Shown: positions 29,640-40,028, counted from the stretch's first letter. The stretch: 64,000 nt of DNA from an uncultured Polaribacter sp. (GCA_964275545.1 CAXYCO010000010.1:13968-77967), one strand, 5' to 3'. Translations and numbers: made by a program. The notes: generated by a model from the sequence alone, not told the origin.

Positions 29640-30320
29640 ATGAATGATCAAAAACTATTAAATTATTTTGAAGGCTTTTTAACTGATAAAAGGAAAAACT
29701 TATTTAAAAATATTTTAGACGATAGAACTAGACATTTTTCAGTTGTTCTAGAAGATATTTATCAGGCACATAATGCAAGTGCAGTTGTTAGAACTTGCGA
29801 TATTTTTGGTATTCAAGATATTCATATTATTGAAAATAAATACACGAATAAAGTTTCTAGACATGTAGCTAAAGGTTCTCAGAAATGGTTAAATTACTAT
29901 AGATATAGAGCAGATGGAGATAATACTAAGGTCTGTTTATCCTCTTTAAAAGAAAAAGGGTATCAAATTATAGCAACATCTCCTCATAATGATTCCTGTT
30001 TATTACAAGATTTTGATATTACAAAAAAAACTGCTTTTGTATTTGGTGTAGAAAAAGAAGGTGTTTCTGACTACGTTAAAGAACATGCAGATGGCTTTTT
30101 AAAAATACCTATGGTTGGTTTTACAGAGAGTTTAAATATTTCCGTGGCTGCTGCAATTATCTTACAAAATGCAACTACAAAACTCAGGAGTTCTAAAGTT
30201 AATTGGCAATTGACTGACGAAGAAAAAGAAGTTTTATATTTTGATTGGGTGAAGAAAACTATTAAAAACGTTGATAAGATTGAAGAATATTATTATCAAA
30301 ATAATTCAAGTGATTATTAA
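29640..30320 (+). CDS. trmH: TrmH/SpoU family tRNA (Gm18) 2'-O-methyltransferase
   Basis: HNASAVVRTCD, FGVEKEGVS, IPMVGFTESLNISVAA. Confidence 0.85.
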   Translation: MNDQKLLNYFEGFLTDKRKNLFKNILDDRTRHFSVVLEDIYQAHNASAVVRTCDIFGIQDIHIIENKYTNKVSRHVAKGSQKWLNYYRYRADGDNTKVCLSSLKEKGYQIIATSPHNDSCLLQDFDITKKTAFVFGVEKEGVSDYVKEHADGFLKIPMVGFTESLNISVAAAIILQNATTKLRSSKVNWQLTDEEKEVLYFDWVKKTIKNVDKIEEYYYQNNSSDY

Positions 30321-30357
30321 TTTATTTTAAATATGGAGAACCTCATACTAAAAGAAG

Positions 30358-30726
30358 TCACTTAACAATTACTTTTTCTATACTTGCTAAAGAATCACAG
30401 CGTTTTACTAATAAACTGATATTTTCTAATTCCTTTTTTCCTGAAATATAGTATTCTGGACAGGGTTTTTGTCTTGCCTTACTTTTACCAAAATCAACAT
30501 CACCAACATACAAAATAGTAGAGATTTTTGTAGTATCTATATTGTATTTAAGCATTGCATTTTTTGCTTCATTAGAAAAGACTCTTTTTCTAATACGAAT
30601 AGTTTTTAAAGTCCTAGCATCCATACCATAATCAAATGTAGCTTGTTTCTTTTGCCAAAAGAAGTATACTGCTATGGAGCCTAATGATAAACCTACTAAA
30701 TAATAACCTATTCTTTTAATTAACAT
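30358..30726 (-). CDS. Small membrane-anchored conserved protein (DUF4258-like)
   Basis: N-terminal TM, GDVDFGKS, PCPEY; lies downstream of the ald-like gene. Confidence 0.65.
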   Translation of the reverse strand: MLIKRIGYYLVGLSLGSIAVYFFWQKKQATFDYGMDARTLKTIRIRKRVFSNEAKNAMLKYNIDTTKISTILYVGDVDFGKSKARQKPCPEYYISGKKELENISLLVKRCDSLASIEKVIVK

Positions 30727-30779
30727 ACTAGGATGAATTGAATTGCAAAGGTACTTTTTTTGAATTCAAAAGAGGTATA

Positions 30780-31976
30780 TTATAATATCAATAAATTAAT
30801 ATCCCTAAACGGTAAATCAAACCAATCTGCCACAGTTTTATTTGTTAAAACTCCATGATAAAAATACATGCCATTCCGCAAACTTTTATCAAAACGAGCA
30901 GCATTTTCAAAACCACCCTCTTTAGCGATATCCAATAAATAAGGAGTAAAAATATTACTAATAGAAACAGAAGCTGTTCTGGAATAGCGAGACGGAATAT
31001 TGGGAACACAATAATGAATTACACCATGCTTTTCAAATGTAGGGTTCTTATGACTTGTAACCTTAGAAGTTTCAAAACAACCACCTCTATCGATACTTAC
31101 ATCAACAATAACAGCTCCATCTTTCATTTGCTTAATCATTGTTTCGGTAGCAGCAATTGGAGATCTGTTTTTACCCCTAATTGCACCAATAGCAACATCA
31201 CAGCGCATTAATGCTTTTGCTAAGGTTTTTGGTTGTAAAGTTGATGTATAAATTGGCATATTTAAGGCATGTTGTAACTTCCTTAGCTTGGTAATAGAAT
31301 TATCAAATACTTTTACTCTTGCTCCTAAGCCTATAGCAGATCTAGCAGCAAATTCACCAACGGTTCCGGCTCCAAGAATTACAACGCTTGTGGGAGCAAC
31401 TCCACCAATATTTCCAAAGAGTAAGCCATTTCCTTCGTTAACTCCACTCATTAGTTCTCCAGCAATTAATACAGCAGCAGTTCCTGCTATTTCACTCAAA
31501 GATTTTACAATTGGATAGGTATCATGTTCTTCTTTTATATAATCGAATGCTATGGCTGTTACTCTTTTTTTAGCCAAACATTCAAAGTATTTTTTGGATT
31601 GTGTTTTTAATTGTAGTGAAGAAATTAATATTGCTTGAGGGTTTATAAATTTAATTTCTGTTTCTGTTGGAGGAGAAACTTTTAAAATGATATTACATTT
31701 AAAGGCTTCTTCTACATTATAAGATATTTTAGCTCCAGCTTCAGAGTATTCTTTATCTGTAAAGTTTGCACCATTTCCAGCTTCTGTTTCTATAACAACT
31801 CTATGTCCGTTTGCTGTTAATGCAGCAACTGCATCTGGTGTTAAGCAAACTCTTTTTTCTTGAAAATGTGTTTCTTTAGGAAGGCCTATAAATAATTCTC
31901 CTTTTTGTTTCTTAACTTCAAGCATTTCTTCTTGAGGGATCAATTCTTCTTTGCTAAATGGAGAAAATGGACTCAT
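30780..31976 (-). CDS. Alanine dehydrogenase/PNT family protein with divergent active site
   Basis: GLPKE...EKRVCLTP, SEIAG, GAGTVG, DVSIDRGGCFETS, HYCVPNIP. Confidence 0.85.
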   Translation of the reverse strand: MSPFSPFSKEELIPQEEMLEVKKQKGELFIGLPKETHFQEKRVCLTPDAVAALTANGHRVVIETEAGNGANFTDKEYSEAGAKISYNVEEAFKCNIILKVSPPTETEIKFINPQAILISSLQLKTQSKKYFECLAKKRVTAIAFDYIKEEHDTYPIVKSLSEIAGTAAVLIAGELMSGVNEGNGLLFGNIGGVAPTSVVILGAGTVGEFAARSAIGLGARVKVFDNSITKLRKLQHALNMPIYTSTLQPKTLAKALMRCDVAIGAIRGKNRSPIAATETMIKQMKDGAVIVDVSIDRGGCFETSKVTSHKNPTFEKHGVIHYCVPNIPSRYSRTASVSISNIFTPYLLDIAKEGGFENAARFDKSLRNGMYFYHGVLTNKTVADWFDLPFRDINLLIL

Positions 31977-32389
31977 ATATTTTGGTTTAGTTGAATTTTA
32001 CGTTGACCATCATCCAGTCTAAATAAATGAATTTCAACGAATTTTAAAGGTAATAAATTTTCTGCATTTTCTGGCCATTCTATTAAACACCAATTATTAG
32101 AATCAAAATAATCTTCAATTCCAATATCATAGACTTCTTCTTGATTTTCAATTCTGTAAAAATCAAAGTGATATACAACTTCATTCTTAGTTGTATTATA
32201 TTCATTTACTAGAGAAAAAGTTGGAGAAGAAATAGTATCTAGTACACCCAATTGAAAACAAATTTCTTTAATAAGTGTGGTTTTTCCGACTCCCATTTCT
32301 CCATAAAATAATAACATTTTATTTTCTGCTATTGCAAGAACTTCTTTTGCAATGGAAGACAAATTTTTTAAGGAATAAGTTTTATTCAT
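31973..32389 (-). CDS. tsaE: tRNA threonylcarbamoyladenosine biosynthesis ATPase TsaE
   Basis: GEMGVGKTT, SSPTFSLVNEY, HFDFYRI, IEWP. Start moved to 32389 (TATATTTG 5 nt upstream). Confidence 0.95.
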   Translation of the reverse strand: MNKTYSLKNLSSIAKEVLAIAENKMLLFYGEMGVGKTTLIKEICFQLGVLDTISSPTFSLVNEYNTTKNEVVYHFDFYRIENQEEVYDIGIEDYFDSNNWCLIEWPENAENLLPLKFVEIHLFRLDDGQRKIQLNQNI

Positions 32390-32485
32390 TCTCACAAATA
32401 TAAAAGTATAAAGGTAAAAAAGAACAAAAGTAAACAGATAATTATTATTTGATTTTTTACCCATTTATTAAAAAGTAATATTTCT

Positions 32486-34033
32486 CTATTTAGGCTCATA
32501 AACTACACAGGGGATAATCATTTCTTCTAAAGAAATCCCTCCATGTTGATAGGTGTTTTTATAGTAGTTTACAAAATGATTATAGTTGTTAGGGTATGCA
32601 AAAAATAAATCCTCTTTTGCAAAAATAAAGGGACTATTAATGGCAATACTTGGTAAGTAAATATCCTTTGGATTTTTTACAGCAAAAACATCTTTTTCTT
32701 CAAAAGAAAGACTTCTACCTGTTTTGTATCGAAGATTAGAACTAATATTTTTATCTCCTATTACTTTTGTAGGTTTCTTACAATTTATAGTTCCGTGATC
32801 TGTAGTAATAATTAATTTTTGACCTAAGTGTTGAGCTTTTTGAATGATTTCAAACAATGGAGAGTTCTTAAACCAACTGACAGTTAGAGATCTGTAGGCT
32901 TTATCGTCTCCTGCAAGTTCTTTAATTACTTCCATCTCGGTTTTAGAGTGCGAAAGCATATCAACAAAATTATAAACAACTGCTGTTAAATCATTTTGTT
33001 TTGTCCCGTTAAAATTATCTGCCAGTTCTCTTCCACTTTTTAAATTGGTTATTTTATAATATTCATGTCTTATGTTGAGATTAAGTCTTTCTATTTGAGA
33101 TGATAAAAATTCATTTTCAAATAAATTCATTCCACCTTCGTCTGTGTCATTTTTCCATAAATTTGGATATTTTTTTTCCATTTCTAAGGGCATTAATCCA
33201 GAGAAAATAGCATTTCTAGCATATTGTGTTGCCGTTGGTAAAATACTATAATATGTATGTTCTTCTTGCTTCTTGTAATAATTATTTATGAAAGGTTCCA
33301 AAATTCTGTATTGATCATAACGTAAATTATCTATTACGATCCATAAAACTCCTTGTTTATTATTTAAATGAGGAACAACATAATCTTTAAAAAGAGTGTG
33401 TGAAAATGTTGGCTTATCATCAGAAGTCAACCAATCTTGGTAGTTTTTTTTAATAAACTTATAAAACTGATTGTTTGCTTCAGATTTCTGACTTTCTAGT
33501 ATACCTAACATACCAGGATCATTAATGTTTTCTAATTCTAATTCCCAATGAACTAATTTTTTATACAAGTCAGACCATTCTTTGTAAGAATTTGCCATAG
33601 ACAAATCCATAGATATTTTCCTAAACTCCTGTTGATAATTAGAAGTTGTTTTTTCTGAAATCAAACGAGAATTTTCTAAATTCTTCTTTAAGCTTAATAA
33701 TATTTGATTCGGATTTACAGGTTTAATTAAATAATCTGAAATTTTCGAACCAATAGCTTCTTCCATTATGTATTCTTCTTCACTTTTAGTAATCATAACT
33801 ATCGGAAGATTTGCCTGCTTTTGCTTAATATGAGCAAGAGTTTCTAAACCATTTATTCCAGGCATATTCTCATCAAGAAAAACAATATCAAACTTTTTTT
33901 CTTCTACCAAATCAATTGCATCAGCACCATTGGTGCACTCAGTTACTGAATACCCCTTCTTTTCTAAAAAAATAATATGTGGTTTTAGTAAATCAATTTC
34001 ATCATCCACCCATAAGATTCGTATTTCACTCAT
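32486..34033 (-). CDS. porX: PorX-type response regulator (receiver + PglZ/alkaline-phosphatase-like domain)
   Basis: WVDDEIDLLKPH, LDENMPG, IDNLRYDQ, LPTATQYARN, TDHG, YQHGGISLEEM; porX-tsaE gene order. Confidence 0.92.
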   Translation of the reverse strand: MSEIRILWVDDEIDLLKPHIIFLEKKGYSVTECTNGADAIDLVEEKKFDIVFLDENMPGINGLETLAHIKQKQANLPIVMITKSEEEYIMEEAIGSKISDYLIKPVNPNQILLSLKKNLENSRLISEKTTSNYQQEFRKISMDLSMANSYKEWSDLYKKLVHWELELENINDPGMLGILESQKSEANNQFYKFIKKNYQDWLTSDDKPTFSHTLFKDYVVPHLNNKQGVLWIVIDNLRYDQYRILEPFINNYYKKQEEHTYYSILPTATQYARNAIFSGLMPLEMEKKYPNLWKNDTDEGGMNLFENEFLSSQIERLNLNIRHEYYKITNLKSGRELADNFNGTKQNDLTAVVYNFVDMLSHSKTEMEVIKELAGDDKAYRSLTVSWFKNSPLFEIIQKAQHLGQKLIITTDHGTINCKKPTKVIGDKNISSNLRYKTGRSLSFEEKDVFAVKNPKDIYLPSIAINSPFIFAKEDLFFAYPNNYNHFVNYYKNTYQHGGISLEEMIIPCVVYEPK

Positions 34034-34127
34034 AAATTAAATTTTAAATAGAACGTTAAAAATAGAGTTTTGTTATTCTTTTTTACTCACATAAATGATA
34101 AAATATTCCCAATAGAAATATTATTGT

Positions 34128-35408
34128 TTGTATTTTGCCAATGTTTATAAAAAACAAATTATTTTGAAACATACAATATCAAATAAATTAAAAATTTTAA
34201 ACGATCCTGTTTATGGTTTTATCACAATTCCAAGTTCGTTAATCTTTGATATTATAGAGCACACATATTTTCAGAGACTGCGAAGAATAACTCAAATGGG
34301 TTTTTCTAATTTGGTCTATCCGGGTGCAAATCACACTCGTTTTCATCATGCAATTGGTTGTTTGCATTTAATGCAAAAAGCGGTCAATGTTTTACGCTTA
34401 AAAGATATAAAGGTTTCAGAAGATGAAGCAGAGGCCCTTTATATTGCTATTTTGTTGCACGATATTGGCCATGGTGCATTTTCTCACGCTCTAGAACATA
34501 GTATTGTTGATGGAATTTCGCATGAAGAAATTTCTCTAAAATTTATGAGAAAATTAAATATTGAGTTTAATAATAAATTAGATTTAGCAATTATAATTTT
34601 CGAAGGGAAGTATCATAGAAAATTCTTTAGCCAGTTAATTTCTAGTCAGCTAGATATTGATCGATTAGATTATTTGAAAAGAGATAGTTTTTATACGGGC
34701 GTTGCAGAAGGAAATATTTCGTCAGACAGATTAATTGCTATGATGTATGTTCAAAATGATGAATTAGTTATCGAGGAAAAAGGAATTTACTCTGTAGAGA
34801 AGTTTTTAGTTGCAAGACGTTTAATGTACTGGCAAGTATATTTACATAAGACTGGTTTGGTAGCTGAAAATATGTTAGTAAATGTTTTAAAAAGAGCGAA
34901 AGAATTAGCTGGTAGAGGATATGAATTATTTGCTAGCTCTTCTTTAAAGTATTTTTTATACAATCACATTGATGAAAAATCTTTTAGTCTGCAAACATTA
35001 GATATTTTTTGTAAACTAGATGATTATGACATCTTATCAGCAATAAAAGAATGGGTAAATCACAAAGATAAAATACTATCTGTATTGTCAAAGATGATTA
35101 TTGATAGGAATTTATTGAAAATTGAGATTCAAGACAAAGAGTTTTCAAAAAAATATTTAGAATCTAAATTGGAAGAGCATAAAAATAATTTAGATTTTTC
35201 ATCTACTGATATTAATTATTTTGTCTTTAACAAAACTATTTTAAATCAAGCATACAATAAAAAACAACCTATAAAAATTTTAAATAAAAATGGAGATTTA
35301 AAAGATATCGCTGAGGCATCAGATCAATTAAATCTCCAAGCGTTAACAAAACCAGTAGTCAAGTATTTTCTTTGTTATCCAAAGAAAATGAAATTAGAAG
35401 ATTCATAA
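34128..35408 (+). CDS. HD-domain phosphohydrolase (dNTP triphosphohydrolase-like); real start possibly TTG at 34164
   Basis: NDPVYG, QRLRRITQMG, HTRFHH, LLHDIGHG, DIDRLDYLKRDS. Confidence 0.9.
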   Translation: MYFANVYKKQIILKHTISNKLKILNDPVYGFITIPSSLIFDIIEHTYFQRLRRITQMGFSNLVYPGANHTRFHHAIGCLHLMQKAVNVLRLKDIKVSEDEAEALYIAILLHDIGHGAFSHALEHSIVDGISHEEISLKFMRKLNIEFNNKLDLAIIIFEGKYHRKFFSQLISSQLDIDRLDYLKRDSFYTGVAEGNISSDRLIAMMYVQNDELVIEEKGIYSVEKFLVARRLMYWQVYLHKTGLVAENMLVNVLKRAKELAGRGYELFASSSLKYFLYNHIDEKSFSLQTLDIFCKLDDYDILSAIKEWVNHKDKILSVLSKMIIDRNLLKIEIQDKEFSKKYLESKLEEHKNNLDFSSTDINYFVFNKTILNQAYNKKQPIKILNKNGDLKDIAEASDQLNLQALTKPVVKYFLCYPKKMKLEDS

Positions 35409-35431
35409 CTTTTTTTATACTTTTGTTTTTT

Positions 35432-36460
35432 ATGAAATTTACAGCAAAACAAATAGCAGAGATTTTAGAAGGAGAGATTATAGGTAATCCAAATGAAGAG
35501 GTGTCTAAACTTTCAAAAATAGAGGAAGGAGAAAAAGGTTCTCTAACTTTTTTATCTAATCCCAAATATAATTCATTTTTATACTCTACAAAAGCATCTA
35601 TTATTATTGTAAATTCCAGTTTTGTTCCCGAAAAAGAAATTAATACAACTTTAATAAAAGTTGAAGATTCTTATGAGTCTTTTTCCAAATTATTAGAATT
35701 TTATAACAGAGTAAAAAATAATAAAACAGGAAGAGAACATCCACATTTTATTTCTGATAGTTCTAAAATAGGATCTAATGAATATATAGGGGCTTTTGCT
35801 TATATTGGAAATAATGTAATCATAGGGGATAATGTAAAAATATATCCAAATTCTTACATAGGTGATAATACAATTATAGGTGATAATTGCTATATCTTTT
35901 CGGGAGTAAAAATCTATTCAGAAACAAAGATTGGAAATAATTGTAAAATTCATTCAGGTGCAATTATTGGTTGCGATGGTTTTGGTTTTGTACCGGATAA
36001 AAACGGAGAGTTTAAAGCAATTCCGCAAATAGGTAATGTAATTATAGAAGATAATGTAGATATTGGTTCAGCTTCAACTATAGATAGAGCCACATTAGGT
36101 TCTACCATAATAAGAAAAGGAGTTAAGCTAGACAACCAAATACAAATTGCTCACAATGTAGAAATTGGTAAAAATACTGTAATTGCTTCTCAAACAGGAA
36201 TAGCTGGTTCTGCAAAAATAGGAGAAAACTGTATGATAGGAGGACAGGTAGGAATATCTGGTCATATCAAAATTGGAAATAATGTAAAAATATTAGCGCA
36301 AGCAGGAATTTCTAAAAGTATAAAAGACAACAAAATTGTTAATGGAACACCAGCTTTTAAAGTTACTGACTTTAATAAAAGTTATGTGTATTTTAAAAAT
36401 TTACCAAAAATAGTATCTAAAATAGAGTCTATAGAAAAGGAGTTGAAAGCTCAAAATTAA
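35432..36460 (+). CDS. lpxD: UDP-3-O-(3-hydroxyacyl)glucosamine N-acyltransferase
   Basis: MKFTAKQIAEIL, hexapeptide repeats, DGFGF, TIDRA, KLDNQIQIAHN. Start moved to 35432. Confidence 0.95.
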   Translation: MKFTAKQIAEILEGEIIGNPNEEVSKLSKIEEGEKGSLTFLSNPKYNSFLYSTKASIIIVNSSFVPEKEINTTLIKVEDSYESFSKLLEFYNRVKNNKTGREHPHFISDSSKIGSNEYIGAFAYIGNNVIIGDNVKIYPNSYIGDNTIIGDNCYIFSGVKIYSETKIGNNCKIHSGAIIGCDGFGFVPDKNGEFKAIPQIGNVIIEDNVDIGSASTIDRATLGSTIIRKGVKLDNQIQIAHNVEIGKNTVIASQTGIAGSAKIGENCMIGGQVGISGHIKIGNNVKILAQAGISKSIKDNKIVNGTPAFKVTDFNKSYVYFKNLPKIVSKIESIEKELKAQN

Positions 36461-36464
36461 AATA

Positions 36465-37856
36465 ATGGTTAAGAAACAAAAGACAATAAAAAAACAAGTT
36501 ACATTATCAGGAGTTGGTTTGCATACAGGTAATACTGTGTCAATGACCTTAAAACCAGCACCAGAAAACCATGGGTTTGCATTTATTCGTATAGATCTAG
36601 AAGGCACTCCAATAATTGAGGCCAAGGCAGAATATGTTGTAAATACACAAAGAGGTACAAACATAGAAAAGAATGGAGTGCAAATACAAACTTCTGAGCA
36701 TGTTTTAGCTGCAGCAGTTGGTTTAGATATTGATAATTTATTAATTGAAATTGATGCTTCAGAACCACCAATTATGGATGGTTCATCAAAGTTTTTTGTT
36801 AAAGCTTTAGAACAAGCAGGAATTGTTGAACAAGATGCTGAGATTGAAGAATACATAGTAAAAGAAATTATTTCATACAAAGATGATGCGACTGGTAGCG
36901 AGATTATTTTAATGCCTTCAGAAGAATACCAGGTTACCACAATGGTAGATTTTGGAACTAAAATTTTAGGAACTCAAAACGCTACACTTGATAAAATTTC
37001 AGATTTTAAAAAAGAAATAGCAGATGCAAGAACGTTTAGTTTCCTCCATGAAATAGAAATGTTATTAGAAAATGATTTAATAAAGGGTGGGGATTTAAAT
37101 AATGCTATTGTATATGTCGATAAAGAATTATCACACAATACAATGGAAGGATTAAAAAAAGCCTTTAATAAAGATAATATATCTGTAAAACCAAATGGAA
37201 TTTTAGATAATTTAACTTTGCATTGGGCAAATGAAGCTGCGCGTCATAAATTATTAGATGTAATTGGAGACTTAGCTTTAGTAGGTTCAAGAATAAGAGG
37301 TAAGGTTATTGCTAATAAACCAGGACATTTAGTAAATACACAATTTGCCAAAAAATTGTCAAAAATAATAAAACAAGAGAAGCGAAATAATGTTCCTCAA
37401 TTTAATTTGAATTTACCTCCATTATTAGATATTCATCAAATTATGGAAATTCTTCCACACAGACCACCTTTTTTATTAGTTGATCAGGTTCTAGAACTTT
37501 CAGACATGCACGTAGTTGGATTAAAAAATGTTACTATGAATGAAAATTTTTTTGTAGGTCATTTCCCTGGTTCTCCTGTTATGCCTGGAGTTTTACAAGT
37601 AGAAGCAATGGCACAATGTGGTGGGATTTTAGTGTTAAGCACGGTCCCAGATCCCGAGAATTATTTAACATATTTCATGAAAATGAACAATGTTAAATTC
37701 AAACAAAAAGTATTACCAGGAGATACATTAATTTTTAAATGCGAATTAATTACACCAATAAGAAGAGGTATTTGCCACATGCAATCCTATGCTTATGCTA
37801 ATGGTAAATTAGTTGCAGAAGCAGAGTTAATGGCACAAATATCAAAAATAAAATAA
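36465..37856 (+). CDS. lpxC: Bifunctional LpxC/FabZ (UDP-3-O-acyl-GlcNAc deacetylase + 3-hydroxyacyl-ACP dehydratase)
   Basis: GVGLHTG, TSEHVLAA, ARHKLLDVIGD; FabZ part LPHRPPFLLVD and GHFPGSPVMPGVL. Confidence 0.96.
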   Translation: MVKKQKTIKKQVTLSGVGLHTGNTVSMTLKPAPENHGFAFIRIDLEGTPIIEAKAEYVVNTQRGTNIEKNGVQIQTSEHVLAAAVGLDIDNLLIEIDASEPPIMDGSSKFFVKALEQAGIVEQDAEIEEYIVKEIISYKDDATGSEIILMPSEEYQVTTMVDFGTKILGTQNATLDKISDFKKEIADARTFSFLHEIEMLLENDLIKGGDLNNAIVYVDKELSHNTMEGLKKAFNKDNISVKPNGILDNLTLHWANEAARHKLLDVIGDLALVGSRIRGKVIANKPGHLVNTQFAKKLSKIIKQEKRNNVPQFNLNLPPLLDIHQIMEILPHRPPFLLVDQVLELSDMHVVGLKNVTMNENFFVGHFPGSPVMPGVLQVEAMAQCGGILVLSTVPDPENYLTYFMKMNNVKFKQKVLPGDTLIFKCELITPIRRGICHMQSYAYANGKLVAEAELMAQISKIK

Positions 37857-37858
37857 CT

Positions 37859-38641
37859 ATGAATCAACCTTTAGCTTATGTACATCCTCAAGCAAAAATT
37901 GCTCGTAACGTTGTAATTGAACCTTTTACCACAATACACAACAATGTTAAAATTGGTTCTGGAACTTGGATAGGTTCTAACGTAACCATAATGGAAGGTG
38001 CTAGAATTGGTAAAAATTGTAGAATTTTCCCAGGAGCTGTAATTTCTGCAATTCCACAAGATTTAAAATTTGAAGGAGAAGATTCAACTGTAGAAATAGG
38101 AGACGACACTACTATAAGAGAATGTGTAACCATAAATAGAGGTACAAATTATTCTGGTAAAACAAAAATTGGAAAGAACTGTCTAATAATGGCAACAGCA
38201 CATATTGCTCACGATTGTCATATTGGAAATAATTCTATTGTGGTTAATGGAGTTGCTTTAGGAGGTCATGTTGTAATTGGTAAATATGCTATTATTGGTG
38301 GTTTAGCAGCCGTTCATCAGTTTATTCATATCGGAGACCATGCTATGGTTTCTGGTGGTTCATTAGTAAGAAAAGATGTTCCTCCTTTTACAAAAGCAGG
38401 TAAAGAGCCTTTGTCTTATGTAGGAATCAATTCTATAGGTTTAAGGCGAAGAGGATTTTCTACAGAAAAAATTAGACAAATTCAAGATATTTATAGAATT
38501 CTGTATCAAAAAAATTATAATAATACCCAAGCAGTAGAAAAGATTGAAGCAGAAATGGAAGCTACTCCAGAAAGAGACGAAATCATCTTATTTATAAAAA
38601 ATTCTCAACGTGGAATTATGAAAGGGTATTGGGGAGGATAA
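37859..38641 (+). CDS. lpxA: Acyl-ACP--UDP-N-acetylglucosamine O-acyltransferase
   Basis: Hexapeptide repeats, PQDLKF, HIAHDC, VHQF, KDVPPF, GLRRRGF. Confidence 0.96.
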   Translation: MNQPLAYVHPQAKIARNVVIEPFTTIHNNVKIGSGTWIGSNVTIMEGARIGKNCRIFPGAVISAIPQDLKFEGEDSTVEIGDDTTIRECVTINRGTNYSGKTKIGKNCLIMATAHIAHDCHIGNNSIVVNGVALGGHVVIGKYAIIGGLAAVHQFIHIGDHAMVSGGSLVRKDVPPFTKAGKEPLSYVGINSIGLRRRGFSTEKIRQIQDIYRILYQKNYNNTQAVEKIEAEMEATPERDEIILFIKNSQRGIMKGYWGG

Positions 38642-38685
38642 AATAATAAATACGATAATATTAAAAAAATAAAAACATTTATAAA

Positions 38686-39252
38686 ATGGCAACTACATCA
38701 GATATTAGAAACGGATTATGTATTAAATATAATAATGATATATACAAAGTCGTAGAGTTCTTACATGTAAAACCAGGAAAAGGGCCTGCTTTTGTGAGGA
38801 CAAAATTAAAAAGTGTTACCAACGGTAAAGTTGTAGATAATACATTTCCTGCAGGAAGAAAAATTGAAGATATTCGTGTAGAAACTCATAAGTTTCAATA
38901 TTTATACAATGAAGGAGAAACCTATCATTTTATGAATGAAAAGGATTACTCTCAAATTCAATTACAAAAAAGTACTCTAGATTCTCCAGAATTAATGAAA
39001 GAAGGAGAGATCGTAACAATTATAATAAATTCTGAAGATGAGATGCCTTTGTCTGTAGATATGCCTGCTAGTGTTATTTTAGAAGTTACGCATACAGAGC
39101 CCGGAGTTAAGGGAAATACTGCAACAAATGCAACAAAACCTGCAACTGTAGAATCTGGAGCAACAGTAAATGTGCCTTTATTTATTAATGAAGGTGATAA
39201 AATTAAAGTAGAAACGACAAAAGGAACTTACCAAGAAAGAATTAAAGAATAG
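38686..39252 (+). CDS. efp: Elongation factor P
   Basis: HVKPGKGPAFVRTKL, PGVKGNTA, VPLFINEGD. Confidence 0.97.
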   Translation: MATTSDIRNGLCIKYNNDIYKVVEFLHVKPGKGPAFVRTKLKSVTNGKVVDNTFPAGRKIEDIRVETHKFQYLYNEGETYHFMNEKDYSQIQLQKSTLDSPELMKEGEIVTIIINSEDEMPLSVDMPASVILEVTHTEPGVKGNTATNATKPATVESGATVNVPLFINEGDKIKVETTKGTYQERIKE

Positions 39253-39257
39253 TTTTT

Positions 39258-40023
39258 ATGTCTAAAACTAGAGATGAAATTAATCAAACAGAAAAAGATT
39301 ATTGGAACGAGGGTAACTTAGATAGAGGTAAGATTAAAAAGTTAAGAAGACATGCTTTTTTTTATTCATATAAGAGAGAAAAGATAATTTTAAATAAACT
39401 TCTCGAAGATTTTAATAATAAGAATGTCTTAGAGATTGGCTCTTATACATGGGCAGCTTGGTTTAATGAAGACACAAAACCCAAAAAACTCACTTGCATT
39501 AATATTTCTGAAGTAGAATTAGAGAATGGTAAGGAAAAAGCTGCATTAACGTCTTTTTCAATAGAGCATTATTTAATGGATGCAAATAATTTAACTTTTG
39601 AAGATGAATCATTTGATATTGTTTTTGGAGGTGCAATTCTTCACCATTTAGATGTAGAAAAAACCATAGGACATATCCATAGAGTACTAAAGCCTGGAGG
39701 GAAAATTATATTTTTAGAGCCCTTAAATATGAATCCGTTATATAAACTTTATAGAAAATTGAATCCTCAAGAAAGAACACCAGACGAACATGCTTTGGTT
39801 TCCTCTGATTTTAAAATTATTCGAGATAAATTTACGTTCGATCATTATTTTTTCGATTTCTTTAGTGTAATTTTCGGTTTCATTTCTTTAAAAATATTTG
39901 GTGACAAAAATTATGATAACTGGATAAATAAATTAGGATATAATTTAGATGTTTTTTTTTTCAAAAATACCTTTTTTGAACTTCCTATTTGCAAGAGTAA
40001 TTATCTATGGAAGTAAAAAATAA
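39258..40023 (+). CDS. Class I SAM-dependent methyltransferase; last codons probably shifted by one extra T in T10 at 39952-39961
   Basis: VLEIGS, MDANNLTFEDESFDIV, LHHL, RVLKPGG. Removing one T gives the end FFSKIPFLNFLFARVIIYGSKK* at 40023; as assembled the ORF ends at 40016. Confidence 0.85.
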
Positions 40024-40028
40024 CATCA

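Noticed and set aside
32486-34033. PglZ domain as a BREX defence system
   Set aside because: Receiver-PglZ fusion beside tsaE is PorX; no other brx genes
31014-38133. Shadow ORFs including 36401-36940 (179 aa)
   Set aside because: Antisense or alternate frames of ald-like, lpxD, lpxC and lpxA
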